Below, one piece after another: positions 12,697-26,870 of a stretch of DNA of 64,000 nt (position 1 is its first letter; the number at the start of each line of letters is the position of its first letter). A model generated the notes under the pieces. That model saw only the letters and a list, made by a program, of their open reading frames with translations, searched no databases and was not told the origin of the DNA. The position numbers and the translations under genes are program-made. Source of the stretch: Callorhinchus milii (Eukaryota); NCBI RefSeq assembly GCF_018977255.1, contig NW_024704743.1, positions 26,724,001 through 26,788,000 on the forward strand, given 5' to 3'.

Positions 12697-12870
12697 TATA
12701 ATAATAATCCTTGCATTTGGTATAGTGTCTTATCATGTCTTCGAGGCATCTCGAAGCGCTTCACAGGATACTTTGACTGTATATTTTGTGGGTGAAATGC
12801 GGCAGACAAATCCACACAGCAACGTCCCACAAACAGTCGTGGATTGAGTGACTAAATTATTTTTTTTTTT
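12697..12870 (-). mobile_element. Young SINE 3' half
   Basis: aataatccttgcatttggtatagtgtc...cacagcaacgtcccacaaacagtcgtggattgagtgac. Confidence 0.85.
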
Positions 12871-13019
12871 TATATGTGTTAGACCCAATTATATATCTTT
12901 TTTTCTCAAACAACAACCAGTCTTGTGGTCTTTTGGAATTGATTCACACTTTACTGTCATTCAATTTCTTAAGTTTGATCAAAATTCAAAAGTGATCAAT
13001 TTAAATTTGCATTTACAGG

Positions 13020-13352
13020 CTCTATTCACCAATATAGCAACATTATCAGGGATGCCGTCCTTTAGATGAAACATCAAAACAAGGCCCCATCTACCTATCC
13101 AAGTGGATGTTAAAGTTCTCTTTGGATTATTTGAAAAGAGAAGGGAGTTTCCCCTAGTCTCCAGCCAACAATCCCCCAAATAAAATTGATCACTCACTCC
13201 CTGACAGTTTATGGGACATTGCTCTATATTAAATAGGCTTTCGTGTTCGTCCACAAAATACTCACGTCGCTTTACAGCATATCCAGTGAAGCGTTTGAGA
13301 TGTCTCAATCTAAGGTGCGCTAGGCACAATATAACATAATACAAGGATTATT
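13020..13352 (+). mobile_element. Old Deu-domain SINE, 5' truncated
   Basis: gatgccgtcctttagatgaaacatcaaaacaaggccccatctacc...gtttatgggacattgct...gaagcgtttgagatgtctc...caaggattatt. Confidence 0.75.
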
Positions 13353-14789
13353 ATATCTATATCCCTTAAACCATCTCAGCTCCAGCTCTCTGCAATGTGA
13401 GATACTTGCCAAATACATTCTTGCTTCCGCACAGAAAATATCTGTTTACTACAGGTATTTGCATCACTCACAGATACTGCTGCACTTTGAAATCTTTCCC
13501 TTTCATTACATTTACTGTTGTCAGGCCTGACCTGAACTTGGTACTCATTATTTGATGGTCTTTTTAGTTATGCAATGCTGCAAGAATTTGTCCTTAATGA
13601 TCTTTAGCAAGGCTTAACAAGCTAAGGTGGCTTTTTATCTCCCACTTTCAGGTAATTTCTACTCCAGTGTCTGCAGGGTAAGAATACTGAGGCTGAGAAC
13701 ATTGTTAAACATGAACCATTTGTCTATTAGCAAAATCTCTTGAAACTCCACCCCTGCTTACACACATTTATATCGTCACTCAAAATGTTGCTAACTGGAA
13801 TAATAACTCTTGCATTTGATATAGAGCCTTATTACGCCAAAACAAAGCACTTCAAAGAGCTTTGTATAAATATTACAAGAGAGGTTCAGAAGATGGCACT
13901 TTGACTTATTTGATCTCATCCTTCCAGAATACCTACCCTAACACTTTCTCATCACAGCAGCAACATGTTTTTTAATTGAGTCGAGTGCCCTAGCCTCAAC
14001 CACCCTTCCTGGTAAACATCTTTTACTCTCTGTATATTTGTGGACAAACAAGACAGCCAATTTGCACCTAACAATGCAGGAATGTGAATCCAGGAAGAGT
14101 AACATGTAAGTAAGCAGAGAAACCTTTATCCTGCACATCAATTTTTAACAACAGGCATAAAATTACCTTAACTTTTCCAAATTTGCACTTGTAGCAAGGC
14201 AGCTTCTGTTTCCCCCAAACTGCAAATTAATTTTTAATAGGCCCACCGGCGAGTGATATCTGCAAGATAGCTGTCACTTTTGTTGACTGAATTTATTTCA
14301 AACACTCTGACCTTTTGTGTAAGGCCAGAATAAATTAACAATGCCTATAATTTTTGACAGATTTAATAGCTAGTCCATTAGAGGCCATTGAAAGGGAAAT
14401 TGTCTCCTGTGAAAGATAAATAACTGCTTTAGTAGGTGAACATATTCAAGTTCTTGTGGTGCAATAAGTTTAATGTTGCAAATTTCCCACAGGTGCAATT
14501 AATTTCAAACCTATCATTAATCATAATTGGAAGTTAATAGTACTCGTTCAATGAGATTTAAATGAATAGACTTTATTGCTTGGTGCATGGGTGTGTGTGA
14601 GAGGTGGGCACATTTGTGAGGGATTTTTTTTAGTTCTATCGATTTATCATGCCAAATTATGCCAATCTCCAAAAAACTTTACCACCAAAACAAATCCCCA
14701 TCGTAACAACAGTACTGTAAAACATTTATATGCTTAAAATGTGCTCATCTTTTAGAATATTTTAACAAATCTTGAAACGGGCACAAAAG

Positions 14790-15160
14790 ACTCGCTCAAT
14801 TGGTAGTGCTCTCCCCTCTAGGTCATAAGGCAGTAGATTTAAGCCCCATATCATCACTTGAGTTCACAGTTTAGGGTGACACTAGGAAAGCACTGCATTA
14901 GTGGCAGTGCTGTGTTTTGAATGAGATGTTTAACCAAGGTCCAATCTGTCTGTTCTTCAGATTGACGTTAAAGATCCTGTAACACTATTTAACAAGATAA
15001 AGAATTTTCCCCCAGTATCCTGGCCAACAATCCTCCTGATTATTTTGGCATTAATTTCATAGCAGTTTGTCTGTAAAATGGCTATTGTGTTTGTCAACAA
15101 CAACAGTAACTCCACTGGCAAGTAATAACTTGTGATATGCTCAGACATTTAAACATTAAG
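14790..15160 (+). mobile_element. Old Deu-domain SINE, degenerate
   Basis: gctcaattggtagtgctctc head; gaatgagatgtttaaccaaggtccaatctgtc; gacgttaaagatcc; cccagtatcctggccaacaatc. Confidence 0.75.
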
Positions 15161-15421
15161 GTTTAAACAATAAAAATTCTATTTATTTTCTTCAAATATA
15201 AGGTTTTCAGTAAACTTGAGTGTCTGGAATTTCTCAATTAACAATAAATTGCTGTTTTAAACAACAAAATCTGAAACCAAATCCATACAAGTAAACCACA
15301 GTAAATTTACACTGTACTGCATTGGAATTGAGTTGTTTTCAAGATTTTCTGGATGTTTCTAGGAGTCATTGTTAATGAAACCAATACATGTACAAATTGC
15401 ATGATGAAGCTGTACTCCTAA

Positions 15422-16254
15422 GAATTCAATGTTAGCAAGTGAGAAATTATTCACCTTGGTAGCAAGAATAAAAGAACAGATTATTTTCTGGAAGGGGAGA
15501 AGTTAGATAGTGTTAGTATTCAAATGGATTTGGGTGTCCTTGTACACCAGTCCCAAAAAGTTAGTTTGCAGGTGCAGTAAGCAACTAAGAAGGCGAACGG
15601 CATGTTAGCGTTCATTTTGAAAGGTTTAGAATATAAGAGTAGGGAAGTCTTGCTGCAACTGTATAGGGCCTTGGTGAGACTGCACCTAGAGTATTGTGTG
15701 CAGTTTTGGTCTCCTTATTTAAAAAAGGACATACTTGCCCTAGAGGGGGTGCAGCGTAGATTCACTCGGTTAGTTCCTGGGATGAGGGGCCTGACCTATG
15801 AGGATCGGCTGAATAAACTAGGGCTATATTCTCTAGAGTACAGAAGAATTAGGGGGGATCTTATTGAAACTTATAAGATTCTTAAAGGGCTGAATAAAGT
15901 AGACACAGAGGGTCTGTTTCCCCTGGTAGGAGAATCTATAACCAGGGGTCACAGTCTTAAAATTAAGGGTTAGCCTCTTAGAACAGAGTTGAGGAAACAT
16001 TTCTTCACTCAGAGGGTTGTGAACTTATGGAATTCACTACCCCAGAAGGCTGTAGATGCTCAGTCCTTGAACATTTTCAAGACTGAGACTGATAGATTCT
16101 TGAAAAATAGAGGGATTGGGGGATATGGGGATAGGGCAGGTAATCAGAGTTAGGTGAGAAGATCAGCCATGATCTTATTGAATGGTGGAGCAGGCACGAA
16201 GGGCCGAATGGCCTACTCCTGCTCCTAATTCTTATGTTCTTATGTTCTTATGTT
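15422..16254 (+). mobile_element. CR1 LINE 3' fragment (ORF2 C-terminus, 3'UTR, (ttcttatg)n tail); non-functional
   Basis: ORF 15602..15973 LEYKSREVLLQLYRALVRLHLEYCVQFWSPYLKKDILALEGVQRRFTR...RGDLIETYKI is typical CR1 ORF2; in-frame stops on both sides; ends gggccgaatggcctactcctgctcctaattcttatgttcttatgttcttatg. Confidence 0.95.
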
Positions 16255-19200
16255 TAATTTGGTTTATTGCTTGCGATAGCCATGGAAATTGGGAAAGTAA
16301 AACAAGTAAAACCCCAATTAGTACTTGGTAGAAAACATGTGTAATTTCAATTTATTTGCTGAAATGTCTATAGAGTTATAGTCACAAGAGAGGTTCAGAT
16401 GAAGAAAACCATTTGACTCCATCCTTCCATTTTACCAATCCTACTATCTTCATTTTACAATGTCCTTGTAATTTGATGGGGTTCCTATTCTGTGGGATTC
16501 CATCACCAACGTTTCTCTGCCCAGCAGCGAATAAGACATAATCAGGTGGACAACGTTTCTGAGAATCTGAGAATCATCCCCTGATGTTTTCTGCTAGCCT
16601 TGTCCTCCGTGTAATCATAGAAAGATCAACTTCTTTTGTTTCTTTGATACTCATAGAATCAATGTTTAACATTTGTTAATGGATGGGCCCATGTCTTATA
16701 TGTAAATCTTTAATACTTCATTTATTGTGTAATATCATTTTGCTGTCTAATTATGGATTATGAAAACTGCATTATGCATATGCTACCTAGGACAGAATAA
16801 TTATAGTATGCAATCAGAAAAAAATGAGAACTCTCTTCCTTGCTTCCAATTCATGAAATGTATAATTGGGGCCTCATTGAAATACAATATTATATTAATC
16901 AGATGAGTAAATTCAGCTACATAGATCATGAATAATAACATCAAGATTATTATTATAGTCTTACTGCTGGCCAAATATTATATCCAACGTTAAAAGAAAT
17001 CTTTTGGAAATCGACTCACCAAATGTTAAATTACCAGCCCTGCAAACCAATTTCATCTGCACTTAACAGCTAAAGCAACAACATTACAATATTTGCAACT
17101 TGATTTGTAAATAATAATAATAATCCTTTCATTTGATATAACGCCTGATTACATCATTGAGATGTCTCAAAGCACTTCACAGAATATACTGTAAAGTGAA
17201 TCGACATTTTGTGGGTGAAATGTTGAATCCTGCCATTAACTGGATTCATTTTAGATTTAACTTGGATTTAATTTGGATTCTTAAAGCACGAAACTGGTTA
17301 TTTTAAGACTTCAAAACAAAAGGCTGTATTTTAGAACTGTCCAAAATGTGCATGTTAAAACAAAGTCAAAGTTTAGACCCAGGTGGAATTTCTCTTCCCA
17401 GGACTAAGATATGGAGCATTTTAATCCTGGTAGACAAGGATAATCTTTATCATATGTGGACTGTAACTCCAGCCAGTGCTGACAATTTTGGCTGATAATG
17501 GAATTTCCTCGTTGTAATCACATATCATCAAAGGATGACATTTCCGCTCTGTGGATGACAGAAACTTTCTAAGTTATTTTAGACCAATTTCTTCTTTTGG
17601 ACATGAGTCATCTTTGCAAAGCCATAGCCCTGAAAAATTGTGCAGGTTTGCAACTACTGAAAAATCCTTGAGGATTTAATTCCCAAAACCGATTTGTTTG
17701 ACTTCAAAAATGTATCAAACATTGCAAATTAAAAACGGACACTAGAGCAATTCCGCAATAAATACGAGGAAATTTACATATATTTACAGTACACCAGACT
17801 GCATTGCATAGTGGATGAAGACCCTTAATACAGCAGGTCATCCCTATCGTATATATTAATAATCTTCATAATCCTTTCATCTGATAACAAAACTTTTATG
17901 CTGCAAAGATCGTCTCAAAACATTTCATAGGATTTTTGCTCTAAAGTAGCAGTGATTGTTTATTCTGTAGGCAAGAATTCTGAGATCTTGCAGCCACAAA
18001 TAAACCCATGTTACCTGTGCCTCATTCATTAATTGGAAAACACTACAATGCATGTTCTCTGTGACATGTACCTGAGTGCAGCAAGATTGCTGAATGGCAG
18101 GTAAGATTAGTGCTATGATGAGTTTCTGTTGAATCCTTTTAAGAGCGAATATTCGGTCTGGTGTCTGAAATAATCTCATTTACGACTAATAATCTTTTAA
18201 AATTCAAAATGGTGCCAAGATCTCGGATTAATCCTCAGGAGCCCTGCAAAATCTTGTCAAGAAAGATAACCTTTATCATGATAACACTTAATGAATTGGT
18301 TCTAATAAATGAACTCTGCTCGTGGCTTTGCCCTGATTCGGTTGATGTGGTTTCCTTTACTGACATAATACTATCACATTTGTTTATCTCAGCTTAATGG
18401 TTAATACAGTTAGCAGGAATCTCTCTTCTGTGCCAGCTCTGGTTGTTGTGCATTTAAGCAGAAGTAGGACTTGATGGTTTTATTTATACATCTTATTATA
18501 TACCACTGCAGCTCAATAGCACTTTGTGGGGCATTGCCAAATTACATTATAGTGTAATGCCAACCTAGTGTTAAATGGGTCAAAAGTTATAGAATCCTTG
18601 CACCTGCAATGCAACAAAGAGCAATTTTATAACATATATTGTACAAAATATATGCACACTCTTCTGACTAATTGAATTCTCTCATGGTACAACATACTCT
18701 GCTATTGCTTGAGATGGACACATGTAACATACGATATGGAGCCTGTTATCCATACCAATTGCGACCAATTCCATAGTGCATATGAAAACACTGTGAATGC
18801 TATGTCTCGATGAGTGTATATGTGTGTGTCTCTCCCCCTCTCTATCTCTCTGATTCTCTAATTTTGTGAGTGTATCCCCCTCAGAATATCCAGTGCATTT
18901 ACCTGGATCAGATTCGTTGCTCATTTAGAACTGTGTGCTTTGTTACAATGTGCAAACATGCAACTAAATATTTTTGCCAACCATCTCAGCCTGATGACTT
19001 GTGCATCTGAGCTCCAAGCATCAAGCATGTGGATAATCGGCATTCTACTTTGATGAAAATTCCACTATAATGACTTTAGTAAAACAGACAAGTGAACAGA
19101 GACATATTCAGTTCCCGTGTCTTTTTAAAACATCAATATGAAGTCAAACCCCTTGAACCATTTTACAGTCGCCCACATTCTTCCAATAAAGAACTAAATT

Positions 19201-19565
19201 TTTTTTTAGCCCTTATCAGTGCTGGAACTAATTCAAACTTCCACACCGTGTTCACATTCTCTGTATCCTTAATGCCAGCTGGTAATATAAGAACACCCCT
19301 GAGTCAAGGAACGAAATGGAATCCAAATAACAATCTTTGCTCTGAGCATGAGTTCAGCGAGCTGCAAGAATGCCTGGACTTTTAAATGTCAAAAGGAATA
19401 AAATCTACGAGTGATGTATAAATAGCCTTCTTCAGTCACGCAGCTGGCTTCATGTCACAAAACTTTTTTTGTTAGCACCCCGATTACTCCAGTCCTTGCA
19501 CTTTGTGGTGCATTGCCAAAGTACATTGGAGAGCACTATATGAGTGCAAGTTGCTGCTGTTATTG

Positions 19566-19941
19566 ATAATAATAATAATAATAATAATCCTTGCATTTGA
19601 TATAGCGCTTTTCACATCTTCTCGACGTCTCAAATCGCCTCACAGAATAGACTGTAAAGTGAATTGACCGTATATTTGTGGTGAAACACGGCAGCCAATT
19701 GCGCACAGCAGTGTCCCACAAACAGTCATGGATTGAGTGATGAAATTATTATTTTGTTGAAGGATTATTATCTCCAGAAAAGCGATCTGCCAATCGACTG
19801 ACAACCAGGTTTCTACTTATTGCTAGGTGAACAGAGGCATGTGGAGTAAGGAAACTTGCCCAACATTTCGCCCTGCTGGGAATCAAACCCAGGTCTTTCG
19901 CTTGCGAGGCAAGTGCTCTAAACACTGAGCAACAGGACTCC
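19566..19941 (-). mobile_element. Young tRNA-derived SINE, long form, intact
   Basis: Full head, CORE-like segment, Deu-like segment and (att)n tail. Confidence 0.93.
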
Positions 19942-22887
19942 ACATTTCGGGGTTCACGGAATGTGGGTTGCATGTTAAACCACAAGCAGGATATTTAAAA
20001 GGTTGATGGTGGCGATGCTCTATGTGCACCTGTCACAATTAGAATTCATTAAAATGCACGAATGGAACCAAAGCCAGTTTATATTCTCAAAAATCCTGGC
20101 AAGAACTTGGCATTGATGTTACTCCTCAAGCAAGGAGTAAGCAAATTTAGAACTATCTCTCACTATAAAATTTGCTGTAAAAAATGTGTTTATGTGTTCC
20201 GTTTTCTTGATTATTTGACCAGTCTGTGGCTGTCTGTGAGACATTGCTAGGCACAAAGAGAGAATTAAATATGCTGTTCTACTGCTGTCTCATCAAGCAA
20301 AACACAATTATGGTATTTCATAATGTGTTTGATGAAATAAGTATGAAACACTGCAAAATTTGTAGTTTGATAATTGACACCAAGTTCAGTAGTTCCTCTC
20401 CTGATCTACAAGCCTTGAAATCTTACATTTTTGCATTAATTCAGATTACCACCATGACAGCCTGGAGATTTCTAGTCAGATACCTACCTCAATCAGAAGA
20501 CCTGGAGGCAAAATCTAAGTGCAACAGAGGAAGCAAACTTAACTCAGTCGGTATCCTCTTCTGCTGCTATTAAATGCCAATCTTCTGCATCAGGACAGAG
20601 ATTTCTTTGGGCAATGCATTTGTACTGTGGTAGAGAGGTGGATGATTTCCATTGAAAAGGCCAGAGCTGAGCTATGTGCCAAGTGGGATATCTGAATAGA
20701 ATTACATTTGGCCCAACTACTTCATGTGGTGTTTATACTCAATATGTGCCTCTTAATCTCCTTTCCCATACTCCTTTATTCCCTTTTCCCTCACATTTGC
20801 ATAAAATCTCCACTTAAATCCATTAATGAGTGAACATTTTGAATGTAGTCTGATGCATTAATATCAACTCCAAATAATATTTGACAGCCCATGTTCAGCA
20901 ATGAGAAAGGCTTGTAGGTTCACATATCACGTAATCCTTAACTCAAACCTGTATAAAATCTGGACGTAATGGGATTTCAAATGGGATATTCGCAAACAGA
21001 TTCACACATAGTGATTCCCAGTTGCGAGTGGGAGATTCTTGCTGATAATCAAATTTGTGTCATTTTAGCCTGAGGGAAATATATATTTCTAATGTAGATG
21101 ACATTGGAACAAATTCCAAAGTATGCCCACTTCTGGTTATCATCGGAAGCTGTTATTTGCGACTCCTGTTACAAACATCATGTTTGTAGGGTCACTGCTG
21201 ATAATCCTATCTCAGTGAATTTAACCAATCCATAACTCAAACATCTGATAAAAATGTTTCATTATGCAAAAAATACAATTTACATTGATATCATGCCTTT
21301 CAGCTTGGAAGGATGCCTCAAAGAACTTTACACTGCCTGCTGGGCACTCGAGTTGGAAGTGGAAGCTGAAAAGGATGGGGGAGGGGAAAGATGACCCAAA
21401 GCACAGACAAAGAAGTACATTTTAGGGCTGGCCTTTGGTTGGGGGAGGTGGGCAGGTGCAGGGGTGGAGGTTGGAGGGATTCCTAAATGAAATTCCAGAG
21501 AGAAATGTACTTTTTTCAATCTCAAACATCATTAGGGGACCTTAAAACCTTAGATCACTAATCAGACTTAACATTCCCAAACTGTAGCTTCCCAGTGATG
21601 TAAGGTTCTGGGTGTAGAACAAAGACCCAAGAAACCTCCCGAGTCCGAATTAAAATAAACAAAAAGTTTTTCCGGGATCAGGGACCCGATAGATTGCAGT
21701 GAATTCTAAACTGATACTGAAATTAATATCAAGAGTTTAAGAGGGAAGTCAAGGGGCGCCTGCAGTAACTCCCTGTTTGATACAACAAGTTTCCATTTAA
21801 AATGCAGCGTCAGCATCTTGACATTTCCTCTTATACTTGGCCTCTTATACTTGGCTTTTTAGTTGAAAAGGTGAGACTCCACTGAAGATGTCTTCAGAGA
21901 ATGCAAGTGCATTCACTTATCCCAGCACTAAAGGACAGCCAGAGAAAAGCATCAGCAAAAGGAAACCTTCAAGTAATTGATGATTCTGTTGAAAAGAACA
22001 GTGGTGGGACTGCTCCCTGTTTGGTATGCTATTCCTTGCTCAACCTTTTGGTCATCACTCATACAAGACTGTGCTTTGGGAAAGAGCTACATTTGTCACA
22101 GTTAAGTGTGTGTCACTGAGTGCTTGGGTAATCACATATGTTGCTGGTTTTTGTATCATGTCGTCAGTGGGATGATTGAAGTAGGAACAGCAACGCCCAG
22201 AATACAAATCAGCCCCGACCATTGGAAATGACGTTTTTCTTTTTCGCGCTACTAGTGTCATAAAATTCTACAGCATTGTTATGCCCAAGGTTGGGTAACC
22301 TCTTAGCTGTAATATATATTGGCTACAATATGACAGCAAGAGTATGACAAGTCATCAGACTGGTAATATCATAGCTGTCTGTTTTTCCTGTACGTGAGCT
22401 ATTTCAGTGGAGCCATAAAACAGGGGCATCAGTAAGTCATAATTGTTCCCATCTTTCCACACAGACCTAGACAATCAATAAATTTGAAGGTTCAGTGAGG
22501 ATAGCCTATTAGATCACCAGTGTTGCAATGCCAAGCCAGATATAAATAGTTTTGTTTACATTGTCGACAGATAGAGTTTATTTATAGCTGTCAATATATA
22601 GCACTACTCATGACCACTGGTCTATTCAAGTGAAATAAATTCATCACATTACACACAGTATGAGCCTTTGCTCACTCTCAATGGTATGACTTCTTTATGA
22701 TTTATGTTCTTCATCATGATTAAAGCCTATGGAAACTTTGCATGTGGCTGCACTGCAGACGAAAGCTAGCAAAGCTAAAACATCTGAGCCTACGCCTGAA
22801 GTATTTCAAATAATGAAAGGCATTGACAGGTTAGATCATGGATGATTCATCCTCCTGGAAGAATCCTTTCCCTCTGCGGATCGCTGA

Positions 22888-22962
22888 CTGTCCAGCGCCT
22901 TGGGGTGTCCCACTGACGTGAAAGGTGCTATACAAATGTAATTTGTTGTTGTTGTTGTTGTT
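22888..22962 (+). mobile_element. Tail-only L2 insertion (type B)
   Basis: cagcgccttggggtgtcccactgacgtgaaaggtgctatacaaatgtaatt(tgt)n. Confidence 0.8.
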
Positions 22963-24279
22963 CGAAGAGGGATTGCTTGCTAGGTGAATAACCTTAAAAT
23001 CAGAACCAAGAACTGAGGCCAGGAAGCAATTCTTCACAGACAGGATTCCTATAATGTCCCATAAAGCAACTATTTGTGCAACAATGCTGTGCCCAAATTA
23101 TTAGCCATATTTACCTATAAATTCACCATCACTGCATATTACCATAAATCATGTAAATCACTTTGAGACATCATCCAGATGGGAAAGGTAATATATCAAA
23201 TGCAAGAATTATTATTATTATTAATTACGGTTGTGAGCTAAATCTGAACAATGTTCCCAATTGTAATTGCTTTCCAAGCAAAACATCCTATTTGTGCTTT
23301 CAGTCATTTTCCGTTTCTACCCCTCTTGGCTTCCACTTCTAACTCAGGTGCTCAGACAGTTCTGTTAAGGTCATTGGTGCGTACTCCCAATGTGAAAGGT
23401 GCTATATCAATGTAAATTAGTATTATTGTATTGGGACCTTTCTACATTACTTTGTAGCATGCTTGGTGAGAAAATCTAACCGCAGTAAATTAATGCTAGT
23501 TTTAAAGATGCTCAAAGATTTGAAAAACTAATGGTAGACAGTAAATTTTAATGTTTTTTTATGCCACATAAAACAAGCTTCAGAATTCTTTCCATTTACT
23601 TTACATCCAAAATTAAACGCCACCTATCCTATTTATCTTTTGCGTTGTACTGGTCAGAATTTCAACCCAATGTGTTTTCAAGTTACGACAGCTGAAATAT
23701 TCCTTCTGCAGCAAAAAAATGCACATCCATTTCAGCTGAAGAACTTTCAGCAGTGCAAGAGTGACAGCTCATGTTTTAAGATATAAAGTTATTCTGACAA
23801 ATGGACAAAGATGATTGATCCATTTAGCATTGGTTCACCAAACCACAGGAAATTAACAAATCTTGCAGTAAAGATGATAGCAGCTGTAGCAGTTAACTGA
23901 ATTAGATTGAACCACGGAGGTGGCATACAACTTTGTTTTGAATGCTGTTTCATGCCTCCGAGTCAGATGGGTAAAAAAAGTACGAGATCTGTGTCCAAAC
24001 CATTCTCCTTCGTGGTCTAGGCTCCAGGGAATGCATTGGAGAGGCTTCCCCCAGTCCATTTGTGAAGTCAAGGATTAAGAGGTGAGGTGGATTTGTGGTA
24101 AACAGGGGAAGTGCTGCAAGCAGGGAGGGCTCCAGGTCAGTTTTCAAAGGAATTGGCAATTTACAATGTACCAACCGATCTTTCTTGATTTTCTTGCTAA
24201 CCAGAACATTCTTAAAACTGCAGTTCTAAAATGGCTGAAACACAATCTTAAAAAAGAATTGTGAAACTCCTACAGTTAC

Positions 24280-24520
24280 AATACAATCTAAAATACAAAA
24301 TTACATTTGCATAGCGCCTTTCACGTCGGGAGGACGCGCGAAGGAGTTCCATAGGGTGGGGGAAGAGAGGCAGAAGGCCCGACTGCTGATGGTAGGGCGG
24401 GCCGAGCGTGGGACGTGGAGCAGGCCACAGCCTGCTGAGGAGAGGGAGCGGACAGGCTGATATGGGGGTCAGCAGGTCACAGAGATAGGAAGGAGCAAGC
24501 CCGTGGAGGGCCTTGAAGTT
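24280..24520 (-). mobile_element. L2 3' fragment (type B tail), internally deleted
   Basis: aatacaaaattacatttgcatagcgcctttcacgtcgggaggacg followed by antisense ORF2 similar to 4100-4230. Confidence 0.75.
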
Positions 24521-24634
24521 ATGTAAATTGAAGTTATTATCCTACACGTAACAATTAGTTACATAGTTCAATTGTCCTCTTGGCATTGAACACATAGGTT
24601 AAAAATCTATGTCTCTGACAATGTGTTTGGTTAT

Positions 24635-25064
24635 CAACAACAACAACAACTTGGATTTATATAACGCCCTCCACACTGGACGGCGTCTCAGAGCGCTTCA
24701 CAGTAACAGATCCCAGGGCCGAGCCAGTGGGAGGGGGAGGAAGGTGACCAAAGGCGCAGTCGAAAAGAAAGGTCTTCAGCAGAGACCTGAAAATAGGAAG
24801 AGAGGGGGCGAGGCAAAGGGAGTTCCAGAGCCTCGGGGCGTAGTGGCTGAAGGCATGGCCGCCGATGGTAGAACGGAGGATTCGGGGGACAAGGAGGAGG
24901 TCAGACCCGGTGGAACAAAGGCAACTGGGACTGTTGTGAGGAGGGAGGAGGTCAGAGAGGTAGGGGAGTGCACAGGTGTGAAGAGATTTGAAGACAAGAG
25001 AGAGGATCTTGAAGTCGATGCTCTCTGGGACAGGCAGCCAGTGCAGTCTGGCAAGGACTGGGTC
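24635..25064 (-). mobile_element. Young L2 3' fragment (type A tail)
   Basis: ORF 24657..25073 PVLARLHWLPVPESIDFKILSLVFKSLH...AFSHYAPRLWNSL...FRSLLKTFLF, the L2 ORF2 C-terminus; tail gttatataaatccaag(ttg)n. Confidence 0.95.
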
Positions 25065-25254
25065 TCTATACAAGACTTATCTTTCCGGAGACTTATCTCT
25101 CCATACAATTCCTTTCTTCCTCCCAGCTCAGGCTCCCATTCAGTCTTTGTCATGTACATTGAGACAATCTTCCTGTCTACAAGAGACTATAAAAGTACAA
25201 ACTATTGTTAAATCTTGAAAACGTATTTCAGCATTCAGAATGGGCATTCACTTA

Positions 25255-25720
25255 GTACAATAATACAATACAAAATTACATTTGTATAGCCTCTTTCATG
25301 TTGGGAGGACATCCGATGCATCATCTCAAAGATTGACTATCTGTAAATTATATCAATGAAATAAAATACATGGTTAGACAAAATTCAAACAACAGCAACA
25401 AGATTACATTTGTATAGCGCCTTTCACGTCGGGAGGATGTCCCAAGGTGTTGGGTTTGGGAGTTTATGGAAAAGGTTATAGAACAAAGGATCCTAATTGT
25501 AGTATTTGTTAATAGGATTCACCAGTAATGAATTCTATTAGAATTCCTCGCAACATGATGGAACTCTGTTTGGGAATAGATCATATCTGAGTGGAGTTCC
25601 TGGATCAGTTTGTTATAGTTCCATCCCAGCTTGGGGGCCCAACCGGCAGTGCCAAGCACTTTGGGACATCCTCCCAACATGAAAGATGCTAAATAAATGT
25701 AAATTTGTATTTTATTGTAC
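25255..25720. mobile_element. Cluster of three tail-only L2 type-B insertions (25255-25318 -, 25388-25452 -, 25652-25718 +)
   Basis: Each is 60-70 nt of gggacrtcctcccracrtgaaag...tatacaaatgtaat. Confidence 0.75.
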
Positions 25721-26439
25721 GTAATCAAGTCCCTTTGCGTGACTTGTATTCCACATCCTGGAACCACATGAAGATTACTGTTAATTAGACCCTGATATCT
25801 TTGGAATAATTTGTTTTAAAAATATCATCTCATTTAGTGAAACACTGATCAGTAGCACCACAATGTTAGCAAAATATCCACTTTATAAAATGTTTCCAGT
25901 ATGCAAATGGCCAAAAGCACTGATCTGCAGTAATAAAAATATACCATGTAAGTGAATGCCTGAAACCTAATGTTATAACTGACTAAAACTGTAGACAATT
26001 TGTTTTAATCTAAAACACAGACCCATACTTTAACACCGTGCTCCAGGCTGTTACGCAAAATCTATTCAAATAATCTTGCTATTTACATGTAATGTATTTA
26101 TGAGAAGCATAATCAGACATAACAATACTTACAGTAGTATATTGTATTCATATTTAAGCCAGAGTGATGCTATTGTTTACAAGTATATTAATCTACTATT
26201 TTATCAATTTCAATACTAGCTAAGAGCTAATCCTATACACCAACTGTTTGTGTCTATTATATTCTACAGTGCTTGAATACAGTAGACAGCAACACTAATT
26301 GAATCGGCCCAATTGTGGATAAGCAAATTGTGCACATAATTGGACATCATGCAATATAAATATTGACTACAGTACTAAATACAAAATTGTTCCATCAGGG
26401 TTTATACTGTAACGGTAGTACTATACACACTGTGCCAAC

Positions 26440-26590
26440 TCTTCTCGCTTTCTGTCACTCTCTATTTTTCTTTTCAGTTCTTTTCCTTTCTTTTTCTCAT
26501 ACTGCCTGAGTCTCTTTCTCTGTCTTTGAGCCCATCACTTTCTATTTCTTTCTCTAACTTTATTTTTAATTCTATCTTTTTCTCTGATTC
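26440..26590. repeat. Polypyrimidine (CT-rich) low-complexity tract
   Basis: Strongly C/T-dominated on the + strand. Confidence 0.7.
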
Positions 26591-26870
26591 TAATCTTGCA
26601 CTTTAAAAGAGTACACACTGCAGAAATGCTTGTTCTCAACCTACCAGCAAAAAATCCAGTTGAGCATATGTTCAAAGATAGGTACAGCTGTGCGAGGTGA
26701 CTCAAATTTTACCCGCAGCAACCTTGAACGCGTAAGCTCAGTTCCATGCAAACACACAATTGCATTTTTTTGTTGGTATGGATCTTATTATTTTAAAGTG
26801 AATCCTTGTGTTCAAGTTTCTCTTGTGCTTGTGAGGTTTAAGCAACCATTTGTAAATCAATATCATTGTT

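Noticed and set aside
13652..13677. 26-nt microexon (tttcag|...cagg|gtaaga)
   Set aside because: Plausible splice signals, but not frame-preserving and no recognisable peptide; expected by chance in 64 kb.
15602..15973. 123-aa ORF as a functional protein
   Set aside because: CR1 ORF2 fragment bounded by premature stops.
21828..21855. Short perfect tandem duplication (ctcttatacttggc x2); similar at 31301-31351 and 34228-34248
   Set aside because: Ordinary slippage or repair duplications.
22756..22786. Third hammerhead-like motif (cagacga-aagct-agcaa-agct-aaaac)
   Set aside because: Both core motifs deviate (CAGACGA, AAAAC) and I see no PLE context; compatible with chance.
24609..25211. 200-aa ORF and its look-alike at 53203-53763 as a paralogous gene pair
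   Set aside because: Both are antisense frames of young L2 copies; the similarity comes from the repeat.
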